Of a stretch of 64,000 nt of DNA, positions 27,885 to 36,367 are shown in pieces (the first letter of the stretch is position 1; the number at the start of each line of letters is the position of its first letter). Where the stretch lies: contig NZ_JBLXJC010000004.1 in assembly GCF_048269205.1 (NCBI RefSeq), forward strand, positions 62,638-126,637. Direction: 5' to 3'. A program made the translations under genes and the position numbers. This DNA comes from Emcibacter sp. (GTDB taxonomy: Bacteria; Pseudomonadota; Alphaproteobacteria; Sphingomonadales; Emcibacteraceae). The notes under the pieces were generated by a model. It saw only the letters and a program-made list of their open reading frames with translations. It was not told the DNA's origin and did not search any database.

Positions 27885-28311
27885 TGGCTGCCTCGGTTTC
27901 TGTTCGATACCCAGGTTATCGGTAGAACGGCAATATGAAACAAATATGATAGTTGCCGCTGTTTTCCGGTGTAACGGTTACGCGGCCGCTTTGTTAACCA
28001 TGGGGGTGCGAAAACCGGGGATTTTTTGGGCAGACTCTTCCTTGACAGATAGTCGGGGCATGGCTTAGAAGTTCGTGTATATATGATTATATTGCATATC
28101 AGGATCAAGCCGTCCGTCCTTTGGGAAAGGGGCGATAATAATCGGTAGTTTGATATCAATTAAGTAGCAGCAATGGGAGACGTGACAGGCCGGAACGACG
28201 GTGTGTCTTGTTGGCTGATCGGTATTCTCCGTGATCTTTATTTCTCCCTGTATTTTATTTTTAAGAGAATAGAAAAAGATATTCTTTTCAAATCTGTAGG
28301 GAAACGGACGA

Positions 28312-30111
28312 ATGAATTTGAATGCACCTGAGAATGTGAAAAACCAGGCCCTGATCGACTGGGTTCAGGAACTGGCGACCCTGTGTGAACCCAAGGACAT
28401 CTACTGGTGTGACGGTTCCAAAGAGGAATATGACCGACTGTGTCAGGAACTGGTAGACCAGGGCGTCTTCATCAAACTGAATGAGGAAAAACGCCCCGGA
28501 TCTTTTCTCTGTCGTTCCGATCCCCGTGATGTGGCCCGTGTGGAAGACCGCACATTCATTGCCAGTGAAAGGGAAGAAGACGCCGGCCCGACCAACAACT
28601 GGCGGGAGCCAAAGGAACTGCGGGCGGAAATGACCGGTTTCTACAAAGGTTGCATGCACGGCCGCACCATGTACGTGATTCCCTTCAGCATGGGGCCGCT
28701 GGGCTCCGATATCGCCCAGATCGGTGTGCAGCTGACCGATTCTCCCTATGCGGTGGTCAATATGTATATTATGGCCCGCATCGGCACCAAGGTTCTTGAT
28801 ATTCTGGGCAACGGCAACTTTATCCGTTGCCTTCATTCTGTCGGCCACCCGCTTGAAGAAGGCGAACAGGACGTGGCCTGGCCCTGTAACCCCGACAACC
28901 GTTATATCACCCACTTCCCGGAAACCCGCGAAGTCTGGTCCTTCGGTTCCGGTTACGGCGGCAATGCCCTTTTGGGCAAGAAATGTGTGGCGTTGCGCAT
29001 CGCTTCCGTGATGGCCCGGGACGAGGGCTGGCTTGCCGAACATATGCTGATTGTGGGTATTGAAAATCCGCAGGGCGAAAAGACCTATGTGACCGGCGCT
29101 TTCCCGAGCGCCTGCGGCAAGACCAACCTGGCCATGCTGATTCCGCCGGAAGGCTATGAAGGCTGGAAAGTCTGGACTGTGGGCGACGATATCGCCTGGA
29201 TCAAACCCAAGGAAGACGGTCGTCTTTATGCCATTAATCCGGAAGCCGGTTTCTTCGGTGTGGCACCGGGAACCTCTTATGATTCCAATCCGGCGGCCAT
29301 GGAAACCATCCAGAGCAATACCATCTTCACCAATGTGGCGCTAACCGATGATGGCGACGTGTGGTGGGAAGGCATGGGTGATGCCCCTGCTCATCTGATT
29401 GACTGGCAGGGTAACGACTGGACACCCGGTTGTGGTCGTCCGGCAGCGCATCCCAACGCCCGCTTTACCGCCCCGGCCAGCCAGTGCCCGAGCATCGACC
29501 CGGCCTGGGAAGATCCCAAGGGCGTGCCGATTGACGCCTTCATCTTCGGCGGTCGTCTCAGCAAAAACTTCCCGCTGGTCTATGAAGCTTCCAACTGGGA
29601 ACAGGGTGTGTATATGGCGGCGACCATGGGCTCCGAAGCCACCGCCGCCGCCGACAACCAGGCGGCGATCCGCCGCGATCCCATGGCTATGCTGCCCTTC
29701 TGCGGCTACAACATGGGTGATTACTGGAACCACTGGCTGAGCATGAAAGATAAGGCGACCCATTTGCCGAAAATCTTCCGGGTCAACTGGTTCCGTAAAG
29801 ATGAAAACGGCAAGTTCATGTGGCCGGGCTTTGGCCAGAACATGCGTGTTCTGGAATGGGTCATCGGCCGTATCAAACAGGAAAAAAATGCCGAAGCCGG
29901 TCCGCTTGGCGATATTCCCTCATTTGGGGACCTGAATTGGGCCGGACTGGATTTCGATCAGAACGCCTTCAACAAACTCATGGACTTTGAAATTGAAGGT
30001 CTTGAGAAAGAAGTTGAGGAAGTGATCGGTCATTTCCAGCAGATGGGCGATCGGCTGCCCCAGGCCCTTGAAGCCGAACGCCAGCAGGCCAAGGCACGTC
30101 TCAGCGCCTGA
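28312..30111 (+). CDS. pckG: Phosphoenolpyruvate carboxykinase (GTP)
   Basis: 599 aa with [14 protein letters not shown] and the P-loop-like FPSACGKTN, characteristic of GTP-dependent PEPCK. Confidence 0.95.
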   Translation: MNLNAPENVKNQALIDWVQELATLCEPKDIYWCDGSKEEYDRLCQELVDQGVFIKLNEEKRPGSFLCRSDPRDVARVEDRTFIASEREEDAGPTNNWREPKELRAEMTGFYKGCMHGRTMYVIPFSMGPLGSDIAQIGVQLTDSPYAVVNMYIMARIGTKVLDILGNGNFIRCLHSVGHPLEEGEQDVAWPCNPDNRYITHFPETREVWSFGSGYGGNALLGKKCVALRIASVMARDEGWLAEHMLIVGIENPQGEKTYVTGAFPSACGKTNLAMLIPPEGYEGWKVWTVGDDIAWIKPKEDGRLYAINPEAGFFGVAPGTSYDSNPAAMETIQSNTIFTNVALTDDGDVWWEGMGDAPAHLIDWQGNDWTPGCGRPAAHPNARFTAPASQCPSIDPAWEDPKGVPIDAFIFGGRLSKNFPLVYEASNWEQGVYMAATMGSEATAAADNQAAIRRDPMAMLPFCGYNMGDYWNHWLSMKDKATHLPKIFRVNWFRKDENGKFMWPGFGQNMRVLEWVIGRIKQEKNAEAGPLGDIPSFGDLNWAGLDFDQNAFNKLMDFEIEGLEKEVEEVIGHFQQMGDRLPQALEAERQQAKARLSA

Positions 30112-30138
30112 TCTTTCCTCTGAAGAGAATTTTGAAGA

Positions 30139-30166
30139 AGGTCCCCTCGTTCGGGGGCCTTTTTAT
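30139..30166 (+). terminator. Rho-independent terminator after pckG
   Basis: AGGTCCCC-TCGTTC-GGGGGCCT followed by TTTTATTT. It overlaps the stop of the convergent ubiX. Confidence 0.7.
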
Positions 30167-30753
30167 TTGGCCTGAGTGTCGTTCGGTCCCTGCCAGCGGG
30201 TCACAAGGCCGGTTTCCAGGTCGAACAGGTCCAGCACCCGGCCCACCGAATGATTGACGATATCGTCGATGGTTCCGGGTTTTGTATAGAAAGCCGGCAT
30301 GGGCGGGGCAATGATGGCGCCAAGCTGGCAGGCCTCATACATCAGTTTGCAGTGGCCCGTATGCAGCGGGGTTTCCCGCGGCATGATCACCAGCCGGCGC
30401 TGTTCCTTGAGGATCACATCTGCCGCCCGGGTCAGCAGGCTGTCGGCCCGGCTGTGCACAATGTCGGAAAGAGTTTTCATGGCGCAGGCGGCAACGATCA
30501 TGCCGTCTGCCCTGAAGGAACCGCTGGCGATACTGGCGGCCAGGTTCGTATCCTTGTGCACCACGTCGGCCAGCGCTTCCACTTCTTTTGCATCGAGGTC
30601 CGTTTCCAGGCCGATGTTCATGCGGGCGGTGGAGGTCATGACCAGATGGCTTTCCACCTGGTCCAATGTCTTCAGGGCTTCTAAAAGCCGAATTCCGTAT
30701 ATCACGCCACTGGCGCCGGCAATGCCGATGATGAGTTTCACTTTCTTGTCCAT
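30163..30753 (-). CDS. ubiX: Flavin prenyltransferase UbiX
   Basis: 196 aa with IGIAGASGVIYGIRLLE and the family-typical length. No ubiD-type partner lies in the window. Confidence 0.9.
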   Translation of the reverse strand: MDKKVKLIIGIAGASGVIYGIRLLEALKTLDQVESHLVMTSTARMNIGLETDLDAKEVEALADVVHKDTNLAASIASGSFRADGMIVAACAMKTLSDIVHSRADSLLTRAADVILKEQRRLVIMPRETPLHTGHCKLMYEACQLGAIIAPPMPAFYTKPGTIDDIVNHSVGRVLDLFDLETGLVTRWQGPNDTQAK

Positions 30754-30800
30754 GTTTCAGCCTTACACCCTCGTGCTGAAGTTTGCAACAAGGCTCTCTG

Positions 30801-30827
30801 TGATCTTCTGTAGGGATTTTTACGTAT
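30801..30827 (+). promoter_or_regulatory. Candidate ECF (ChrR-associated sigma) promoter, TGATCT-N16-CGTAT
   Basis: It has the same -35/-10 architecture and spacing as the two motifs at 35548-35631. The -10 element ends 23 nt upstream of the SDR gene's ATG. Confidence 0.5.
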
Positions 30828-30850
30828 CAGAAGCTAAAGAGGATTAAAGG

Positions 30851-31609
30851 ATGATCATCTGGATTACCGGGGCCGGCAGTGGCCTGGGACGTGAACTTGC
30901 CCGCCAGTATGCGGCGGACGGGCACCGGCTTGTGGTTTCTGCACGCACGGCAGAGAACCTGGATTCCCTTGCACGGGAGTGCAGGGACATGCCAGGAGAA
31001 ATCATCGCTCAGCCCTGTGATGTAACGGATCGTAGGGCTGTGACCGACTGTGTCCGCAAGATGGTTACAGAAGCGGGGGTGCCGGACAGGGTGATCCTCA
31101 ATGCCGGCACTCATATTCCTTCGTCCCTTGATCGGTTTGATGCGGATATTCATCAAAGGCTGATGGAGGTCAACTATATGGGCGTGGTCCATTGCCTGGA
31201 AGCAATATTGCCAGCCCTGCAGGAAAGACAGCATGGCCAGATTGCCATCGTCTCATCCCTTGCCGCCTGGCGCGGTCTGCCTTACGCAGGGGCTTATGGG
31301 GCTTCAAAGGCGGCCCTTGTTACCCTGGCAGAATCCCTGAGGCCGGAACTGGCCCGGACAGGGATTGACCTGCGCCTTGTCTGTCCGGGATTTGTCCGTA
31401 CCCCCCTGACGGACCGCAATGAATTTCACATGCCGTTGTTGATGGAGACGGGGGATGCCGCCGAAGCCTTTCGGCGGGGGTTGGAAGATAACAGGTTCCG
31501 TATTGTTTTTCCCCGCCGTATGGCATGGGTCATGGCACTGCTCAGAATATTGCCGGACAGGCTCTTTTTCAGGCTCAGTAGCAAACTCCTCAGGTCGGAC
31601 GACAGCTAA
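30851..31609 (+). CDS. Short-chain dehydrogenase/reductase (SDR) family oxidoreductase
   Basis: 252 aa with TGAGSGLGRELA (cofactor-binding motif) and the catalytic YGASKAAL. Confidence 0.85.
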   Translation: MIIWITGAGSGLGRELARQYAADGHRLVVSARTAENLDSLARECRDMPGEIIAQPCDVTDRRAVTDCVRKMVTEAGVPDRVILNAGTHIPSSLDRFDADIHQRLMEVNYMGVVHCLEAILPALQERQHGQIAIVSSLAAWRGLPYAGAYGASKAALVTLAESLRPELARTGIDLRLVCPGFVRTPLTDRNEFHMPLLMETGDAAEAFRRGLEDNRFRIVFPRRMAWVMALLRILPDRLFFRLSSKLLRSDDS

Positions 31610-32100
31610 TCCTGTTTCTCAAAACACAGAAAGACAGTGCCAATGTGAAAGCCCCAGCGATAGGCCCGGGCTCTGTTAAGCAGCCGTTTCTCATCCATGA
31701 GAAACATCTGGTCGTCAAAGCGCACGGTCCAGATTTTAGTTCCTACTTCCAGCTTGAATTCATAGCTCCAGTGAAAGCGATGGCCATCTGTCTGGCCAGC
31801 TGCTTCGCCAATGACAGCTGAGCAGGTCGCCTTATAGTCACGTTCTGAGAGCTTGTAAAAGGTCCAGTTGCGGCGATCGGTCTTGCCATCCCTGTAGGTG
31901 AATTCCTCGGTCAGAAACAGGCTGCTGTTGCGCGTTTCTCCCACGGTGCGCCCATGGAACTCATTTCTAACCCTGCCAAAGCGATCCTCGAAAATGCCTC
32001 GGGCCAGAGTGGTGCCGGAGAAAAACTCTTCCAGCTTCAGAGGCGGATAGATCGTACTATTTTCCGACACAGCTTTTTTTGCCTCGAACAGTACATGCAT
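31606..32100 (-). CDS. DUF3833 family protein
   Basis: 164 aa. FFSGTTLARGIFEDRFGRVRNEF... is typical of DUF3833. It is the last gene of the operon, with a TGATG overlap to the upstream gene. Confidence 0.65.
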   Translation of the reverse strand: MHVLFEAKKAVSENSTIYPPLKLEEFFSGTTLARGIFEDRFGRVRNEFHGRTVGETRNSSLFLTEEFTYRDGKTDRRNWTFYKLSERDYKATCSAVIGEAAGQTDGHRFHWSYEFKLEVGTKIWTVRFDDQMFLMDEKRLLNRARAYRWGFHIGTVFLCFEKQD

Positions 32101-33335
32101 CAGTTCTGCCTTTCGAGAATGAAATGGGAAACATCTATGGTCTTGCGGTTAAAACCGGCCTCGCAGTAGCAGAGATAATAGTCCCACATGCGCAGGAAGC
32201 TTTCCGGATACCCCAGGTCCCGGATTTCTGCCTGGCGGGACAGGAATTTTCCCCGCCAGCGTTTCAGGGTTTCCGCATAATCCGTGCCGAAATCCTGCTG
32301 GTCTGTGAGAATGAAGCCGTTATTTTTGGCCAGGAGGCTGACTTTTTCCGGCGACGGTAGCAGGCCTCCGGGGAAAATATACTTCTGGATGAAATCGCTG
32401 TTGCGCCGGTAATCCTCGAACCGGTCGTCCGCGATGGTGATAATCTGTAGTCCGATGCGGCCGTTTTCTTTCAACAGGCGGGACAGGCGGTCGAAATAGA
32501 CGGGCCAATGTTCTTCGCCGACCGCCTCGAACATTTCTATGGAGACGATGTGATCAAATCTGCCGTGGATATCCCGGTAGTCCTGATATCGAAAGTCGCA
32601 CAGGTCTTCGAGTCCCGCGTCGCGGATATGTCGCCTGGCCCGTGACAGCTGCTCCCGGGACAAGGTCACGCCGGTCACCCGGCAGCCATAGGTTCCGGCG
32701 GCAAATTCCGCAAATCCGCCCCAGCCGCAGCCGATCTCAAGCACATGATCGCCCGGCTTCAGACCCAGGTTATCGGCCAGCCGGCGGTATTTTTCCTTCT
32801 GCGCCGCTTCCAGGCTGACCTCGGGAGAGGCAAAACAGCCGGCAGAATAGGTCATACTGCGATCCAGCCACAGGCTATAGAAATCATTACCCAGGTCGTA
32901 GTGGTAGGCGATATTGCGACGGCTGCCAGACCTGCTGTTGCGTCGTATGAGGTGCAGGAGGCGGTTCCATAACCGGTAGATCCGGTTTCCACCTAGGCGT
33001 TTCCGGAAATGGGCGAGATTTCCGGCAAGCAGGCTGAGTAGCCCGGGCAGGTCTGTTGTATTCCAGTCTCCGTCAATATAGGCTTCGGCGAACCCTATGG
33101 CCCCGCCCCGCAGAATACGTCTCAGGGCACGGTAGTTTCTGAGCTCCATGCTGGCGCCAAGATGTTTGTCCCCTGCCCCCTCCAGTACCAGATGACGGTT
33201 GCCGGGCAGATAGATTGTCAGGCGCCCGCTGTGCAGGGCCTGCCCAAGCCGGCGTCCCAACCGGCGAACGGAATACGGCGCATTGTCCAGGGTAATCTTT
33301 TGCCTTTGGTCCAGGGTGTCCACATTACTGCTCAT
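32100..33335 (-). CDS. Cyclopropane-fatty-acyl-phospholipid synthase family SAM-dependent methyltransferase
   Basis: SAM motif VLEIGCGWGGFAEF and CFA-synthase-like blocks (YDLGNDFY, IEMFEAVGEEHW). The start is set at ATG 33335 (11-nt overlap with the upstream gene). The ORF track allows 33371. Confidence 0.8.
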   Translation of the reverse strand: MSSNVDTLDQRQKITLDNAPYSVRRLGRRLGQALHSGRLTIYLPGNRHLVLEGAGDKHLGASMELRNYRALRRILRGGAIGFAEAYIDGDWNTTDLPGLLSLLAGNLAHFRKRLGGNRIYRLWNRLLHLIRRNSRSGSRRNIAYHYDLGNDFYSLWLDRSMTYSAGCFASPEVSLEAAQKEKYRRLADNLGLKPGDHVLEIGCGWGGFAEFAAGTYGCRVTGVTLSREQLSRARRHIRDAGLEDLCDFRYQDYRDIHGRFDHIVSIEMFEAVGEEHWPVYFDRLSRLLKENGRIGLQIITIADDRFEDYRRNSDFIQKYIFPGGLLPSPEKVSLLAKNNGFILTDQQDFGTDYAETLKRWRGKFLSRQAEIRDLGYPESFLRMWDYYLCYCEAGFNRKTIDVSHFILERQN

Positions 33336-34122
33336 GACCGTACTCCAGGGGTTTTTTGCCGGATAGTTCAAATGTACCTTGAGATGACGGTCCAGGCGGC
33401 ACCGGTCGTCTGAAGACCTTCAGTTTCCTGAGCCAGAGCTTCAGAGCTTGCCAGTGGATGGCGCCAATCACCTTGAAGCTTGCCGGCGGCAGCGTAAAAG
33501 CAAGCCGTAACAGGGCCCGGGAGGAAAGCTCCTGCCGTCGACCTTTCAGCGAGGCATAAAACAATAGCCTGTCATCCTTGTCCTGATAGCGGATGCCAAG
33601 ATCGGCTTTCTCGTCCGGAAACTTGTTTCGGAACCGGTATGTTCCAGTGGTGTCGAAAAAGGGCGAAACATGCAAAAGCTTGCTACAGCCATGTTGCCGG
33701 GTCACGCTTTCCTGACGAAAGACATAGCTGTGCCGGTCTCCAAATGTATTACTGACCTCATAGATTACGGCGGTCAGCCTGTGGCTGGTATCAAGGCAAT
33801 AGTAGACGGACAAGGGGTTAAACACATAACCCCAGACCCGTGGCTGGGTGAGCAGGAAAATCCTGTGTGCCCTTTCTCCGCCTGACTGGCACAGCAGTTT
33901 CTGAACATGCTCTGCAAGCGGTGTTTCGCCACCGCTGCCATAGTCCTTTTCATGAAAACTGATAATGTTTGGCCGGTTCAGGGAAAACAGCCGGTAGCGA
34001 CGGTCCAGTTCAGCCAGTTCGTCCAGGTCAAACAGGAAAGAATAACTCCCATAGCGGAATTCATGCAGGACCGGGTGATATCTGAGATGATGGATGACAG
34101 TTTTATAGAGGCGGCTGTTCAT
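33325..34122 (-). CDS. DUF1365 family protein (UfaO-like)
   Basis: 265 aa with N-terminal VIHHLRYHPVLHEFRYGSYSFLFDLDEL, typical of DUF1365. It has an ATGA overlap with the upstream oxidoreductase. Confidence 0.7.
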   Translation of the reverse strand: MNSRLYKTVIHHLRYHPVLHEFRYGSYSFLFDLDELAELDRRYRLFSLNRPNIISFHEKDYGSGGETPLAEHVQKLLCQSGGERAHRIFLLTQPRVWGYVFNPLSVYYCLDTSHRLTAVIYEVSNTFGDRHSYVFRQESVTRQHGCSKLLHVSPFFDTTGTYRFRNKFPDEKADLGIRYQDKDDRLLFYASLKGRRQELSSRALLRLAFTLPPASFKVIGAIHWQALKLWLRKLKVFRRPVPPGPSSQGTFELSGKKPLEYGHEQ

Positions 34123-35510
34123 GATCCGGCGCCTTCCACCACTCGTTGCGTGAGTTCATCTTGCAGGCCGATGCGGGCATTCTGGCGGGGTCGACACCAG
34201 GGACGCGGTACGCCGCTCAGCAGTTCCGCCACAGCAAGGCCCGACTGCAGGCCATCTTCATGGAAACCGGCCCCGAACCAGGCCCCGCAATACCAGGTAT
34301 TCCGGTTGCCCTGCAGGGACCAGAGCTGCCTCTGGCACGTCAGGGCCCGCTGGTCGAAAAGAGGGTGGCGGTAGCTGATTTTACGCCAGACCAGTTCTTC
34401 ACGGATTTCCCGGTCCGGATTGAGGGTCACCAGAACAGGCCTTTCCGTTGGCAAGGACTGCAGCAGGTTCATCCAGTAGGTGACACATAGGGATGAGCCG
34501 TCTTTGTTTTCTCGGCCACCAAGATAGTTCCAGCTTGCCCAGGCAGCGCGGCGGCGCGGCATCAGGGAAAGGTCGCCATGCACCCAGGCCTCATTATCCT
34601 GATAGGGGAAAGCGGAAAGAAGATTCCTTTCCGGTTCTGTAGCGTCCTGTAGCAGGGCCAGGCTGTCATCCGCATGGCCAGCCAGAACAACATGGTCAAA
34701 AATTTCGTCCCCCCTGTCGGACATGATCAGAACCTTGTCATCAAGACGGCGGATGCCGTGTACTTTTGTGTCCAGATACAGCCTGTCCTCAAACGGCTTT
34801 GTCATACGCTGGACATACTCGCGGCTTCCGCCTGAAACCGTTCTCCATTCCGGACGGTTTTTTAACTGTGTCAGTCCATGGTTCTGGAAGAAGGCAAGGA
34901 AGGCTTTCAGGGGATAGTCAAGGATGTCCTGCTGGCTGCAGGACCAGATGGCGGCCCCCATGGGGGCCAGATGGTTATTGATGAAGCCCGCACTGAAGGA
35001 TTCTTTTTCCAGGAAGGCGCCCAGAGACAGGTTCTGGTACTCCGCGTGTTCCAGATAATCGGGACATTGCCGGTAAAACCTCAGGATATCCTTTACCATG
35101 CGCCAGAAGTCGGGGCGCAACAAGTTTCTTTTTTGGGCCAGAAGCCCGGCAATGCCACTGCCGGAATATTCCATCCAGCCATTGTCCAGTGATATGGAAA
35201 AGGACATATTTGTTGTCCGGGTCGGCACGTTCAGAAGCTCAAAAAGGGCCACAAGGTTGGGGTAATTGAGCGGATTATAGACGATAAACCCCGTGTCCAC
35301 CGGCAGTGATCTGCCGTCGATATCCAGGTCAATGGTGTTGCTGTGCCCGCCCGGAGTGCCGTTCTTTTCAAACAGGCTGACCCTGTGGGTGCGCGATAAC
35401 ATCCAGGCACAGGCAAGTCCCGAAACGCCGCTGCCGATGACAGCGATCTTCAGTGGTTTATCCACCGACGGCAGGGAGACAGGGAACTCTTTTCCGGGTG
35501 TAATATACAT
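34119..35510 (-). CDS. NAD(P)/FAD-binding oxidoreductase, amine-oxidase/phytoene-desaturase-like (UfaD-like)
   Basis: 463 aa with the dinucleotide fold IAVIGSGVSGLACAWML...LFEKNGTPGGH. It is the first gene of the minus-strand operon, divergent from the ECF sigma gene. Confidence 0.8.
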   Translation of the reverse strand: MYITPGKEFPVSLPSVDKPLKIAVIGSGVSGLACAWMLSRTHRVSLFEKNGTPGGHSNTIDLDIDGRSLPVDTGFIVYNPLNYPNLVALFELLNVPTRTTNMSFSISLDNGWMEYSGSGIAGLLAQKRNLLRPDFWRMVKDILRFYRQCPDYLEHAEYQNLSLGAFLEKESFSAGFINNHLAPMGAAIWSCSQQDILDYPLKAFLAFFQNHGLTQLKNRPEWRTVSGGSREYVQRMTKPFEDRLYLDTKVHGIRRLDDKVLIMSDRGDEIFDHVVLAGHADDSLALLQDATEPERNLLSAFPYQDNEAWVHGDLSLMPRRRAAWASWNYLGGRENKDGSSLCVTYWMNLLQSLPTERPVLVTLNPDREIREELVWRKISYRHPLFDQRALTCQRQLWSLQGNRNTWYCGAWFGAGFHEDGLQSGLAVAELLSGVPRPWCRPRQNARIGLQDELTQRVVEGAGS

Positions 35511-35547
35511 GGCCAGCTATTCCGACATTTCATTGCAGTAGTTTCTG

Positions 35548-35574
35548 TTACGGGATAGGCTGGCTGACGGATCA
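35548..35574 (-). promoter_or_regulatory. Candidate ECF-sigma promoter TGATCC-N16-CGTAA driving the oxidoreductase operon
   Basis: The minus strand reads TGATCC GTCAGCCAGCCTATCC CGTAACAG. The -10 element lies about 38 nt upstream of ATG 35510. Confidence 0.6.
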
Positions 35575-35604
35575 TATTTACACAGCGGATTTTTTATTCT
35601 TTTG

Positions 35605-35631
35605 TGATCCGGAAGGGAAAGCCTGTCGTAA
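35605..35631 (+). promoter_or_regulatory. Candidate autoregulated ECF-sigma promoter TGATCC-N16-CGTAA
   Basis: The plus strand reads TGATCC GGAAGGGAAAGCCTGT CGTAACAG. The -35, spacing, -10 and the following CAG are identical to the divergent copy. Confidence 0.6.
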
Positions 35632-35638
35632 CAGGGGC

Positions 35639-36367
35639 ATGACATATAGCCCTGTGGCAGAAACAACGGACTTGCTCACGACATCAGTTGCCGTGGTTCC
35701 CGCTCCGGCCGCTGTGGAGACAAAGCTAAACAATCCGGTCAGTGCCGACAGGCGCAAAGACGTAAGGAAAAAAGTCCCGCTGGAGGAGAAAAACATTACC
35801 GGGGATCGGGAACAGGAGCTAGGAGCCGGATTGCTTGAGCGGATCTCGAAGGACCGTGACCGGGAGGCCTTTATCCGTCTCTATGAACTCTTCGCCCCGC
35901 GGCTGAAAAGTTTCTTGATGGGCCGCAAGCTGGACGAGCAGCAGGCTGAAGACCTGATGCAGGATGTCATGCTCAAGATATGGCGCAAGGCGGGCAGTTA
36001 CAATGCGCAGAAAGCCAGGGTCTCCACCTGGATTTTTACCATAGCCCGAAACAGCCATATTGATAAAATCAGGCGGCAGAAGGTTATCGAAGTTGATGCT
36101 GATGACCATTTGCCCGACCTGGTTGATGAAAATGAAACCGATGAATTGGTGGCCGCCGGGCAAACCGCTGACGCGATCCGGCAGGCCATTGATGATCTCA
36201 GGCCCGAACTGGGCGAAGTGATTTCCAAGGCGTTTCTCGAAGAAATGTCCCATACGGAAGTCGCTGAAGAGCTGGGCCTGCCGCTGGGCACGGTGAAGTC
36301 ACGCATTCGACTGGCGGTCAGCAAACTGAGACAGTCGCTGAGAGAACATAAAGAGACAATATCATGA
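35639..36367 (+). CDS. rpoE: ECF-type RNA polymerase sigma factor (RpoE of the RpoE-ChrR pair)
   Basis: Sigma-70 region 2 (DLMQDVMLKIWRKAGSY...STWIFTIARNSHIDKIR) and region 4 (MSHTEVAEELGLPLGTVKSRIRLA). ATG 35639 gives 242 aa with an unusual 64-aa N-terminal extension. An alternative in-frame TTG at 35831 follows AGGAG. Confidence 0.85.
   Translation: MTYSPVAETTDLLTTSVAVVPAPAAVETKLNNPVSADRRKDVRKKVPLEEKNITGDREQELGAGLLERISKDRDREAFIRLYELFAPRLKSFLMGRKLDEQQAEDLMQDVMLKIWRKAGSYNAQKARVSTWIFTIARNSHIDKIRRQKVIEVDADDHLPDLVDENETDELVAAGQTADAIRQAIDDLRPELGEVISKAFLEEMSHTEVAEELGLPLGTVKSRIRLAVSKLRQSLREHKETIS

Noticed and set aside
27881-28159. 92-aa ORF on the minus strand within the long intergenic region upstream of pckG.
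   Set aside because: It has no RBS or recognisable motif and an odd, AT-rich composition. It is most likely non-coding regulatory DNA.
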